43,940 bases of DNA. Source: Candidatus Micrarchaeota archaeon. Lineage in GTDB: Archaea > Micrarchaeota > Micrarchaeia > Burarchaeales > JAKAKT01. The translations under genes were made by a program, and so were the position numbers. This document shows, piece after piece, positions 9,000 to 18,084 of the stretch (position 1 is the first letter of the stretch; each line of letters begins with the position of its first letter). The notes under the pieces are model-generated. The model was not told where the DNA came from, did no database searches, and saw nothing but the letters and a program-made list of their open reading frames with translations. The stretch spans positions 1 through 43,940 of the forward strand of contig CAZYPB010000003.1 in assembly GCA_964649265.1 (NCBI GenBank), read 5' to 3'.

Positions 9000-10004
9000 A
9001 TGGTGAATATGGACTGGGAGATTGATAGTAAAGATAGAGCAATCCTTTATCACCTGGATAGGGATTCCCGTCAACCAATCTCAAAAATCTCCAAGAAAGT
9101 GAAACTGAACAGGGAGGTCGTAAGGTATAGGATAGACAGGATGCTGAAGGATGGAATAATTCAGAAGTTTCTTACCTTTGTTTCGGTTCCTCGTTTGGGG
9201 TACATGCCGACGATGTTTTTTATGAGGTTCCAGAACACGAGTGCTAAAGACGAGGAGGAAATAGCCAAATATCTGAATGAGAAGAAGAATGTCGTTTGGC
9301 TTGGGAGCACCCATGGAAGGTTTGACATGGGCTTTGTCATGTGCGCTAGGAGCATTAAGGAGATCTCTGATTTCATTGCTGATTTCCGGGATAAATACAG
9401 GAGGTTCATAAGTGATTTTTCAATGACCAACATAGTTCTCGCCTGGAGGTTTCCGAGGAAATACCTTGTTGAGGAAACGGATAGGGACATTAGGAAAGCA
9501 GAATCATTGGGGAAGATCCATTACAAGGATACTCATTTGGATGAAGTGGATAAGGCAATAATTATTGCACTTGGGGAAGATGGAAGGATGAAAGCTGTTG
9601 ATGTTGCGAGAAAAGCTGGAATCTCTGCAGATGCAGTTGCGGACAGGATAAAGAAACTTAAGAGAACCGGGACAATAGAGAACTCAACAATTGTTCTAGA
9701 TAACATGGCACTGAAGAGAAGGTTCTTCAAGACATTCATTACGTTCCACAATATAAAGAAAATAGAGAAGAGATTCCTTAATTACTGCGATGAACACCCT
9801 AATGCAGTCCAGATTAAGAGGGTTCTTGGGCCTTGGGAATACGAGGTCGATCTGGAATTACAGGATGAGATGGAGCTAAGGGCAACAGAAGCCGATTTCA
9901 AGGAGAAGTTCAAGGATGCTGTAAGGTCAACCTCGTTCGTTAGTGTTCACAAAATCCATAAGTTCGATATGGGCGGCTTCCTGAAAAAAGATGAGGAAGA
10001 CTAG
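9000..10004 (+). CDS. Lrp/AsnC-family transcriptional regulator, duplicated (two HTH plus ligand-domain halves)
   Basis: DSKDRAILYHLDRDSRQPISKISKKVKLNREVVRYRIDRMLKDGIIQKF and a second copy DEVDKAIIIALGEDGRMKAVDVARKAGISADAVADRIKKLKRTGTI. Track ORF starts at 8781, but the first 73 codons look non-coding. Start taken at ATG 9000 (alternative 9009). Confidence 0.8.
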   Translation: MVNMDWEIDSKDRAILYHLDRDSRQPISKISKKVKLNREVVRYRIDRMLKDGIIQKFLTFVSVPRLGYMPTMFFMRFQNTSAKDEEEIAKYLNEKKNVVWLGSTHGRFDMGFVMCARSIKEISDFIADFRDKYRRFISDFSMTNIVLAWRFPRKYLVEETDRDIRKAESLGKIHYKDTHLDEVDKAIIIALGEDGRMKAVDVARKAGISADAVADRIKKLKRTGTIENSTIVLDNMALKRRFFKTFITFHNIKKIEKRFLNYCDEHPNAVQIKRVLGPWEYEVDLELQDEMELRATEADFKEKFKDAVRSTSFVSVHKIHKFDMGGFLKKDEED

Positions 10005-10334
10005 GTGCACTTGTTTTTAATTTCAAACCCATCGGGAAGAGCATCGGGGCCGAACCGGTTGGAAAAGGTTGCTATGAAAACGATTTCACTCAATGAAAGT
10101 TCCGAAGCATAGGGAGAGTTGGATACGAATGCGAGGTATGCTTTATTTGAAGTGAGGTCATCGGCAGTCCCACCCACTTGAGTATCGAAAGCCTTCGGTT
10201 CTCCGGCATTTATCCATCCCTGCTTGTCCTGGCTTGCCAGAGCGGAAACGGTCGAAATTCCTTTGCCTGGACAAATAGAGAGAAAAGTAAAACTAGGATG
10301 AATAACTTGAAAAGACGGTTACCCCCCAAAGCAT
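10001..10334 (-). pseudogene. small lipoprotein-like gene with frame breaks in the signal-peptide region
   Basis: About 100 codons are open with no start codon (SFTFLSICPGKGISTVSALASQDKQGW...FEIKNKCT*). An ATG at 10334 and a hydrophobic segment (KLFILVLLFSLF) lie in two other frames. The breaks coincide with a C6/G6 run (10322-10327) and T-runs. Confidence 0.35.
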
Positions 10335-10369
10335 CACCGGATTATGTAGGGTGAGAAAAATATTAATAC

Positions 10370-10810
10370 CTACTGATTGTAGCAAACTCTTCTGGATATT
10401 TCATCATCTATTTTTTCACACAATGAATGATTCTTTGATTCTATGGCAACGTGAACATAGCAATTTTGTCTCCTGCTCTCAATATCTATTTTTTCACAAA
10501 CAGATATATCAAGATTCTCAATTGCTACAAACCAATAACAGGAGTACTTCTTTCTTTCTGTATCATCCCACATATGGTTTCATTGTTTGTTCTTGCCGCT
10601 ATCTTCGTATAGCAGTTGTCCTTCAGTTCCTCCGTGGATTCCCCTTCGCATTTCGCGGGATCGTTTATCGGGGCAATAATCTCCATGTAACAGTCAATTT
10701 TATCTGAATTGTCCGGGAGGCTGTTGCACCTGTCCATTTCTGGAGTTAGGCAGCTGCTCCGAAAAACACCAGTATTGTAGCAACCAGCGGCAAGAATTTC
10801 ATCCAATCAC
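10370..10810 (-). pseudogene. secreted Cys-repeat protein gene, frameshifted at least twice
   Basis: Track ORFs 10525-10806 and 10370-10573 carry the same repeat (CY..IA....C(E/G).I...) in different frames and overlap at an A-rich run (10545-10562). An ATG-led signal peptide (MKFLPLVATILVFFGAAA, ATG at 10802) sits in a third frame, breaking near the T5/A5 run at 10762-10766. Confidence 0.45.
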
Positions 10811-10867
10811 TAAAATTTCTACTCAATGGGAGGTTTTAATGGTTTGGGATCAAAGAAACAACCCATG

Positions 10868-11989
10868 CTAACCAACGCATTCATTGATTATATCGACTGC
10901 TTTTTTTAGTTTCTTTGAATCGGTAGCAAAAGTAAACCTAACATATTTTTCATAATCTTTTCCAAACAAAAATCCGGGGATACACGTGACTCCTCTCTCA
11001 GCTATATTTTGAAAGAATTTCGTTCCGTTGACCTCAATTTTGCTTACATCCGTAAAAAGATAGAATGTCCCTTGAGGTTTTTTAAATGAGAATTGTTTCG
11101 ATAACCTGGAGCAAATAAGTTCTCTGTTTCTTTCGTAGTGATCAATACGTTTTTTCACTGAGCTTTGTGGTTCTTCAAGAGCAGCATAAATTGCACTTTG
11201 GACAAACGGGGAAACCCCCGTAGTTATGTCTGTTTGGAGAGTTTCCATGGAATTAACCAATTCCCTAGGGCCAGATAAATAGCCTGCTCTCCAACCAGTC
11301 ATGCAGTGATTTTTTGCGAGACTATATATGCTTACTGTTTTTTCAGGAATTATGGAGCCTGGAGAAAAATGTTTGTTAGAATCGAAGACTATTGTTTCAT
11401 ATGCTTCATCTGAAATCAATGTAGCGTTCGATTTCGAGATTATGTCGGTAAATTCTGAAATCTCATTTTTTTGTATTACTTTGCCAGAGGGATTATTCGG
11501 GGAATTAAGAATAACTGCGCTTGTGCGTTTAGTTATTTTTTGCTCTATGGAAGTGATATCTGAACCAATAGAAAAATCGTATGGAACGGGGATTCCTCCT
11601 GCTCCTCTTACTATCGAAATAAATGGATCCCAAGTAGGATAGGGAACAAGAACTTCATCCCCTGGTTTTACAAGGGTGTTAATGGCGAGATAAACGCCCA
11701 TCTTTCCGCCGTTGGTAATAAGGACTTCTTCGGGTGATGAAGATATCTTGTTTTTATATGAGAGCTTCTCAACTACTTTTTCCCTAAGATTCTCGTTTCC
11801 TTTAGGATGAGGATAACCGTTTGATTTGTTCAAAATATGTTCTATTGCCGCATCTTTGATTTCTTTTGGAGTATCGAATCCGGGTTCGCCTATGCCCAAA
11901 TTTATTATATTCTTGTTTTTGAGTACGTCGAAAAATAAAGATTTATGGGAAGAACTTTTTTCGTTTGGCCTTTCCTTTTTTGGATCCAT
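10868..11989 (-). CDS. class I/II PLP-dependent aminotransferase
   Basis: 373 aa. LGIGEPGFDTP, NSPNNPSG, and a PLP-lysine context SLAKNHCMTGWRAGY, typical of aspartate/aromatic aminotransferases. Confidence 0.85.
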   Translation of the reverse strand: MDPKKERPNEKSSSHKSLFFDVLKNKNIINLGIGEPGFDTPKEIKDAAIEHILNKSNGYPHPKGNENLREKVVEKLSYKNKISSSPEEVLITNGGKMGVYLAINTLVKPGDEVLVPYPTWDPFISIVRGAGGIPVPYDFSIGSDITSIEQKITKRTSAVILNSPNNPSGKVIQKNEISEFTDIISKSNATLISDEAYETIVFDSNKHFSPGSIIPEKTVSIYSLAKNHCMTGWRAGYLSGPRELVNSMETLQTDITTGVSPFVQSAIYAALEEPQSSVKKRIDHYERNRELICSRLSKQFSFKKPQGTFYLFTDVSKIEVNGTKFFQNIAERGVTCIPGFLFGKDYEKYVRFTFATDSKKLKKAVDIINECVG

Positions 11990-11998
11990 CAGTAAAAC

Positions 11999-13045
11999 CT
12001 ATTTCTCTATTGGCAGATTCTTCCAATATTCCTTTCTCTTCTTTGGATCTGAAAGCATTTTTGCCTTCTCGTTTTTCTTTTTTATTTCATCCCTAAGTGG
12101 TTTGCATAACTTTTTGTATTCATCAAACGGCTCGTCAGAATTGTTGTTTATTGCAGACGCCGCATTTATCCCGCTCCTAATAGCATAGCTTATTCCTTCT
12201 CCCGTACTTGGACTTATTAGACCTGCTGCTTCCCCGGTTACAAGTACATTCTTTTCTCCAAGGAATATCTCTTCTTCTCCCCTTGGACGAAGGATAACCG
12301 CTGCCTCAACCCTGCCCGAAGTTCTCAATGATAATTTCTGCCATATTTTCTTTTTGAAGTAATCAAATTGCACATAGCTTCCCAATGGAATTGCAGAACC
12401 TACGATTGTAAATGACCTTTTTGGAATAATCCAGGAATAGAAATCAGTAATTGCGTTATCGAAAATGAATGTTGCATAATCTTCAGGTGTTTTCTCAACT
12501 GGCTCCTGAATCGCAAGGTATTTTTGTACGTCATTCTTAGCCAAAGTTCTTCTAACTAGAGACTCATGGCCGTCGGCAGCTATGACTCTCTTTGCTTTTA
12601 TCACTTTTTTAAAGTCTCTCAGAATTGTTAGTTCTGTATGATCCTTCTTTTGTTCTATTTTAGTAAGCTTTGTTTCAGTTAAGTAGCGCGCAGGAGAATT
12701 TTTCATCAATTGAAAAACCCAGTAATCGAATCTTTCCCTTGAAACATTGTAGAATCCTCTTTTTGTTTTTGATTCAAGGTTATTATCCCAATCAAGATAA
12801 TGCAAAGAGAGTCTTTTTGGAGATGTGAAAACAGCTTCGGGGGGGTGGAATTTCTTAAGAGCTTCCATGGATTCCTGAACAAGCATTCCGCCGCAGGGTT
12901 TGCTTCTTGGGAAAACATTCCTATCCAGAATAAGTGTTTTATAATCATCGGTAAGGGTCTTAGCTGCAAAGCAGCCTCCTGGGCCTGCTCCAATAATAAC
13001 TACGTCATACTCTTGCGCGAGTTGATTGAAAGGTATTTCTAGCAT
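11999..13045 (-). CDS. geranylgeranyl reductase-family FAD-dependent oxidoreductase
   Basis: YDVVIIGAGPGGCFAA dinucleotide fold, RSKPCGGML, and C-terminal VTGEAAGLISPSTGEGISYAIRSG. Confidence 0.8.
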   Translation of the reverse strand: MLEIPFNQLAQEYDVVIIGAGPGGCFAAKTLTDDYKTLILDRNVFPRSKPCGGMLVQESMEALKKFHPPEAVFTSPKRLSLHYLDWDNNLESKTKRGFYNVSRERFDYWVFQLMKNSPARYLTETKLTKIEQKKDHTELTILRDFKKVIKAKRVIAADGHESLVRRTLAKNDVQKYLAIQEPVEKTPEDYATFIFDNAITDFYSWIIPKRSFTIVGSAIPLGSYVQFDYFKKKIWQKLSLRTSGRVEAAVILRPRGEEEIFLGEKNVLVTGEAAGLISPSTGEGISYAIRSGINAASAINNNSDEPFDEYKKLCKPLRDEIKKKNEKAKMLSDPKKRKEYWKNLPIEK

Positions 13046-13105
13046 TAAATTACCAATAGTATTGAGAATAATTCATTTAAATACTAGTAGTTTATTATTG
13101 ATATT

Positions 13106-14284
13106 GTGAAGCATAAATATGACGTTATAGTGGTTGGAGCCGGGCCCGCTGGATCTTCTTGCGCAGGGGAATGTGCCAAAAGAGGATTAGATGTACTTTT
13201 GATTGAAAGAGACCAGTACCCAGGAAAAGGTAATGTTTGTGGAGGATTGCTCCCCCCGAGCATCTTAAAACAATTCAAAATTCCAAGTAAAATAATTTTA
13301 AGAAAGATAAGAGGATACAAAATTTTTTCTCCTAGTGGAAAGGAGGTAAAGATAAATTTTTCTAAAAAAGGAGCAATAACCTCAAGACAACTGTTAGATG
13401 ATTTTCTAGCTAAAGATGCAGTTAAACATGGGGCGGAGCTTATGACCTCATGTAATGTGGAGGATGTTAGCATACGTGGATCCCGTGCTAGAACGATGTG
13501 TGTAAACAACAGGAAGAGGATGTATTTTGAGTCGGACTGTGTGGTAGCTGCAGACGGACCCCTCTCCAACATAACGAAAGGGATTCTTGGGGACATATAC
13601 TCTGGAAAAAAGATGATAATTGCAATGCAAGAGCATTACAAAACAAAGAAAGGATACGATTATTCATACTTCAAAGTCTTCCATGATCCTGCCCTAGGAT
13701 ATGGGTTAGGTTGGCTATCACCAAGAAAAAATGACGTTGTTTTAGGTGCAGGAGTTTTGACAGGAGATGGAAAAAACCTAAGAAAACGTTTTGATGAATT
13801 CAGAGGCCATCATAGGATAATGGAACGTGTTGGTTCTGAGGTTCCACACAAGAAAGAAGGAGGACTTATTCCATTTGATGAATTTCCCAGGAAATTATAT
13901 GCAGATAGATTTATGGCAATAGGGGATGCTGGCATGTTATGTAATCCATTCTCAGGGGATGGTGTCCACTATGCACTGGAATCTGGACTTTTTGCAGCAG
14001 AAACGATAGCTGGATCAACTAGATATAGTGAAAAAGAATTCAGACTATACCAGGATTTAATTGAAGAACATTACAGGGAAGTTTTTACAATATGTCATGG
14101 GCTTCAGAAACAGATGTTTTCGTCACATAAATTTGCAGAACAATCTTTATCAAATGCAGATGAAAAGTTCGTCAATTTCTTAGATCGTATAATATGGAAC
14201 AAAAAAATAAAGCGATTGAACAATACAGAAAAAATAGAATTGATGATAAATGTTATTAGGGGAAAAATAAGAGAATACCTATAG
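13106..14284 (+). CDS. geranylgeranyl reductase-family FAD-dependent oxidoreductase
   Basis: YDVIVVGAGPAGSSCA, GKGNVCGGLLPP, AIGDAGMLCNPFSGDGVHYALESG. Divergent from the paralog at 11999-13045. Confidence 0.8.
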   Translation: MKHKYDVIVVGAGPAGSSCAGECAKRGLDVLLIERDQYPGKGNVCGGLLPPSILKQFKIPSKIILRKIRGYKIFSPSGKEVKINFSKKGAITSRQLLDDFLAKDAVKHGAELMTSCNVEDVSIRGSRARTMCVNNRKRMYFESDCVVAADGPLSNITKGILGDIYSGKKMIIAMQEHYKTKKGYDYSYFKVFHDPALGYGLGWLSPRKNDVVLGAGVLTGDGKNLRKRFDEFRGHHRIMERVGSEVPHKKEGGLIPFDEFPRKLYADRFMAIGDAGMLCNPFSGDGVHYALESGLFAAETIAGSTRYSEKEFRLYQDLIEEHYREVFTICHGLQKQMFSSHKFAEQSLSNADEKFVNFLDRIIWNKKIKRLNNTEKIELMINVIRGKIREYL

Positions 14285-14293
14285 GTATGAAAC

Positions 14294-15409
14294 ATGATAA
14301 AAACAGTGGACCCAATTAAGGACTGGTTCATAAAAAAGGTTGTTTTACCTAGATCGTTTGTTATTAATTCTCCTGGATTTATCACTGGAAGATATATCGA
14401 AATCGTGGGGATAGGACATTTTTCAAGACATATCTTTCTCCCAGAATCGTTTATAGTAGATTTTGAAAAAAAGGTATATGAAAAGAAAGGGGATGAAGGA
14501 CTACGAGAACTTTATAAAATCGCAAAATCAGCTACTTGGAGATTTTCTAAAATAATGGGGATACCAACCAAAAGTAAGCAGCCGATAGAAAAAGTAGCAC
14601 CACTTCTTTTCAAATTTTTAGAGACGATGTACGCAAAGGAAATCAAAACGGATGTAAACGTAGAAAAAAGATTATTAAAAATGAAAGCAAATGAGATGGC
14701 AGTATATCGCAAAAACGGTTTAGGCTATTTTCTTCCATTGGGGTGTCTTTCAGGTCTTTGGTCGTATGTGACAGAAGATAAAAGCATAGAAGCAGAGCAT
14801 AAAGATCTTCATAATAAAGAGCACGGCGAATGCGTACTCCGTGCTGGCCCAAAAGATTTGCTAGAGAATCCGATTGTGGCAGACGAGTTTGACACATATG
14901 AAGAAGCTTCTGGCTATTCGTCAATGAATGCTCCAACTCCAATAAAAAGCCTAAGTTTGGAGGAGCTGATAAATAACTATTACTTCAAATATAACTCTGG
15001 TCTTTTGGAGATGTGGGGAGAGAGGTTTTTTCCATTTGAGTTAGGGTACATTTTTATTCTGGAGAATCAGATGAAAAAGATGGGATTAGATGACGTTATT
15101 TATGATTGCTCTTTTGATTTTTATAAGAAATTCGCAAATAACCTAGAAAAGAAAACGCTTACTTTTTCTGACTCATTTATGTGTGCTTTAGGGTGGGGCA
15201 AGATAAGTACTTTTAGCGGAGACAAAATAAAGGTCCAGATAGAACATTATCCTTGGTGTAAAATGTTCGATAAAAATGGAAGTTTTCCCATAATAAGTGG
15301 ATCACTGTCTGGACTCTGTTCAGGCATAAAAAACAGGGAAATAAAGCTTGAAGCCAAAAAAAGCATCTTACTAGATAAGGCGACTTTAGTTCTTGAGGAG
15401 AGAAAGTGA
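14294..15409 (+). CDS. hypothetical protein, possibly a tandem V4R-like small-molecule-binding domain
   Basis: 371-aa ORF, 9 nt after the GGR stop and overlapping the UbiA start by 4 nt. Two halves with V4R-like patterns (LPLGCLSGLWSYV...ECVLRAGP; CALGWGKIS...ISGSLSGLCSGI). The domain call is pattern recognition only. Confidence 0.55.
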   Translation: MIKTVDPIKDWFIKKVVLPRSFVINSPGFITGRYIEIVGIGHFSRHIFLPESFIVDFEKKVYEKKGDEGLRELYKIAKSATWRFSKIMGIPTKSKQPIEKVAPLLFKFLETMYAKEIKTDVNVEKRLLKMKANEMAVYRKNGLGYFLPLGCLSGLWSYVTEDKSIEAEHKDLHNKEHGECVLRAGPKDLLENPIVADEFDTYEEASGYSSMNAPTPIKSLSLEELINNYYFKYNSGLLEMWGERFFPFELGYIFILENQMKKMGLDDVIYDCSFDFYKKFANNLEKKTLTFSDSFMCALGWGKISTFSGDKIKVQIEHYPWCKMFDKNGSFPIISGSLSGLCSGIKNREIKLEAKKSILLDKATLVLEERK

Positions 15410-16290
15410 AAATAGAAACCTTTTCAGATCTTAAGATTGCCCTTAACCAGGCATTAATACCCATGATATTAGTAGTGGTCATCCCAAGTACATTCGTAGG
15501 ATTTACTATCTCTGGAAGTTCAAGCCTGATTGGGCTTATGGTTGGGATATGGATAATTGCAACTATAGATATGGGGGGGAACGCATTAAACAATTACATG
15601 GATTGGGAGATCGACAAAAGGAACAAAAAGAGATTAGAATTACATAGAATGCTTACAAAAACAGAATTACTCTATTTGTCTTTTTTCTTGTTTCTTTGTT
15701 CTTTCCCTTTCCTCTTATCGGGAAATGACTATCTGAAGGCCGTAATATTAGTAGGATACGTGGTTGCTGTAGGATATTCTGTAGGGCTAAAAGCTAAGGA
15801 CAGAATAATATTGAACTATGCGAACATAGCCTTGTTTTATGGACCCTTTGCTTTTCTATATGGATATTTTGCTTCCACAGGGGATATATCTGCCTTAATT
15901 GAAAACATATGGATACCGATCTTTTTGTTTTTGGTTGATATGGGTTTCTCCGTAACAAAGGACTATGAAGATGTCGAGGGGGATGAGGCATTAGGGAAGA
16001 TAACAATGCCAGTTAAATTTGGTAAAAAAAACTCATTAATCTACCAGTTATTTGTCATAAGTTTAGCTTTCCTTATGGTAGTTTTCCTTTTTGCCATTAA
16101 AAAAATTAATCCATATTATCTGAGTGTCTTGCTTTCATATACGATAGCAATCTATTGTCTCCTAAAAGTAAAAAACACTGAAAATAAGAAAGAATATCAC
16201 AATGCTCACAATATAATCAGATTAAACGCACTCTTATCTAGGTTTATAATCGCCGGAATAGCGTGGGCATTGAGTTCAGAGATCGTTTAA
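15406..16290 (+). CDS. UbiA-family prenyltransferase (integral membrane)
   Basis: GTG start overlapping the upstream stop (GTGA). Asp-rich motifs NALNNYMDWEIDKRN and KDYEDVEGDE, and multiple hydrophobic helices. The usual RP..G after the first motif is not evident. Confidence 0.8.
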   Translation: MKIETFSDLKIALNQALIPMILVVVIPSTFVGFTISGSSSLIGLMVGIWIIATIDMGGNALNNYMDWEIDKRNKKRLELHRMLTKTELLYLSFFLFLCSFPFLLSGNDYLKAVILVGYVVAVGYSVGLKAKDRIILNYANIALFYGPFAFLYGYFASTGDISALIENIWIPIFLFLVDMGFSVTKDYEDVEGDEALGKITMPVKFGKKNSLIYQLFVISLAFLMVVFLFAIKKINPYYLSVLLSYTIAIYCLLKVKNTENKKEYHNAHNIIRLNALLSRFIIAGIAWALSSEIV

Positions 16291-17025
16291 TTATTCTTTC
16301 TCCACCACTATTCCTTTCTCAGTCATGGAGAATGATTTGGTTTCTAAATCGTTGTTTGTTGAGCGCATCTTCTTCACTGCAAGGGTTCTCTTGTTCAATG
16401 CTTCCAGCCACGATACCTTAATCACTCCATCGCAAACGAAGGATGAGATTGTGTCTCGTGAAAGGTAGTTCGTGTTCTCGGGCATCTCTGCTGTCAGAAG
16501 GGCTGTCCCCCCCCATGAGCGGATGTTTCCTATTGTTGTTAGGACTGATGCACGAGTTGCCGCCTCCTCTGAGATCATGCTGCTTGCTGAGTCCATCTTC
16601 ATCCCTGTGCTCGAGGCCAAATCCAGGCGCGAGTTCATCTCTAAGTAAACTAAAAGAACTGAGAGAGAGTCAATAACTATCCTGTCGGGTTTGAAGGAGT
16701 GTGCTATTTTTGACATCTCCGCATTAACATTCACTACATTTGTTTTCGGCATATTAAAGCAGAGTATCTTGAAATTACCGTTCTTCTCTTGTTTCTCTAG
16801 GTCCCAGCCGAACTGCTTTGCCTGATCAAGGATGCTCTGCCTGTTCTCCTCAAAGGATATATAGAGGGATTTCTCCTTGTTCTTTGCTCCTTGAACCAAG
16901 TACTGAAGGGCAAAGATAGTTTTACCGCTTCCCGGTGAACCTGATATGAGTACAACTGAACCCTTTGGAAAACCTCCTTCTATTAAAGTATCAAGGCCAG
17001 TTACGCCTGTTTTGACTCTATCCAT
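16291..17025 (-). CDS. single-domain KaiC/RecA-like ATPase
   Basis: TGVTGLDTLIEGGFPKGSVVLISGSPGSGKT (Walker A) and PDRIVIDSLS (Walker B-like). 244 aa. Confidence 0.8.
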   Translation of the reverse strand: MDRVKTGVTGLDTLIEGGFPKGSVVLISGSPGSGKTIFALQYLVQGAKNKEKSLYISFEENRQSILDQAKQFGWDLEKQEKNGNFKILCFNMPKTNVVNVNAEMSKIAHSFKPDRIVIDSLSVLLVYLEMNSRLDLASSTGMKMDSASSMISEEAATRASVLTTIGNIRSWGGTALLTAEMPENTNYLSRDTISSFVCDGVIKVSWLEALNKRTLAVKKMRSTNNDLETKSFSMTEKGIVVEKE

Positions 17026-17031
17026 ACCAAA

Positions 17032-17748
17032 TCACCCTTTTACAATCATAATCCCGTCCTCCCCGATATTTATGGTTTTCGGAAGGACATCGTGTCTTGT
17101 TGAACGCATCTTACCTATTGTAAGAGTGCGCTTTCCTATAGACTCTACTCTGGAAAGTTTCATAACACCATCGCATATGAATTCAGAAACAGTATCCCTT
17201 GAGTACCAGGAGCTCCCCTCCTGCAACTCCGAGGTGAGCAGTGCAGTCAACTTGTAGCTGCGGACTCGCTCAACCAAATCTGCAACTGCCTTTCTCCTTA
17301 TTGACTCGTAATGCTTATCTGAGACACTTAGCATCTGCATTGTTTTGGAGTGGACAAGAACGTCTGCATAAACCTGGAGAGTTGTTATGGAATCAAGAAC
17401 TAACCTCTGGGGCTGGAACTTTCCAACCAAATCGTCTATTTCAGCAAGTATCTTCTCTATGCTCGTGTGCCCTAGGAGCAGAGTGACTACGCGAAGCTTG
17501 TTCTCTTTCTCGAGTGCAGCAAGGTCCCAGTTAAACCTGGCAGCTTGCTCGAAAATAAGGTCGCGCGTTTCCTCAAAAGTGATGTATAGGCCTCTTTCCC
17601 CAAGTTCTGCTCCTTTTTTCAGGAATTGAAGTGTGAAAATTGTCTTTCCTGTTCCTATTGAGCCTGAGACAAGGGTTACCGTGTTTCTGGGTACTCCTCC
17701 CTCGGTAAGCTCATCTAAGCCCTCTATGCCAGTATTGGCTCTCTCCAT
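17032..17748 (-). CDS. single-domain KaiC/RecA-like ATPase
   Basis: TGIEGLDELTEGGVPRNTVTLVSGSIGTGKT and PQRLVLDSIT. 238 aa. Directly upstream of its paralog with a 6-nt gap. Confidence 0.8.
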   Translation of the reverse strand: MERANTGIEGLDELTEGGVPRNTVTLVSGSIGTGKTIFTLQFLKKGAELGERGLYITFEETRDLIFEQAARFNWDLAALEKENKLRVVTLLLGHTSIEKILAEIDDLVGKFQPQRLVLDSITTLQVYADVLVHSKTMQMLSVSDKHYESIRRKAVADLVERVRSYKLTALLTSELQEGSSWYSRDTVSEFICDGVMKLSRVESIGKRTLTIGKMRSTRHDVLPKTINIGEDGIMIVKG

Positions 17749-17814
17749 AATAAACGGTTATGTTCTGGTAGTATTTAAAGCTTCTTTCGAAGTGCTATCC
17801 TTAAATACTCAGAA

Positions 17815-18084
17815 ATGCATAATATAATCATGCACATGGCAACGCGAATGCAGCACGGAAAGAAGGCTTCCCTAGATTTTGCTATGCGCGCCCAGTGGAG
17901 AAGGGAGGTGTTGCCAGGACAGATAATGAAAGAGAATATGGGAGAGACACCCCAGGCAATAATGCTAAGGAGAGTTTCAGTTAAGTTCACTTCTTTGAGT
18001 AAGGCTAAACTAAGGGAGGAACGGGAGAAGAAAGCAAGAGAAGTGCCTGGAAAGAGTACTCTCAACTATGCTTTAGCTGCTTAG
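17815..18084 (+). CDS. hypothetical small basic protein
   Basis: 89-aa ORF with K/R/E-rich composition. TATTTAAAG at 17771-17779 could be its TATA box. An overlapping antisense ORF looks less protein-like. No homology recognised. Confidence 0.3.
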   Translation: MHNIIMHMATRMQHGKKASLDFAMRAQWRREVLPGQIMKENMGETPQAIMLRRVSVKFTSLSKAKLREEREKKAREVPGKSTLNYALAA

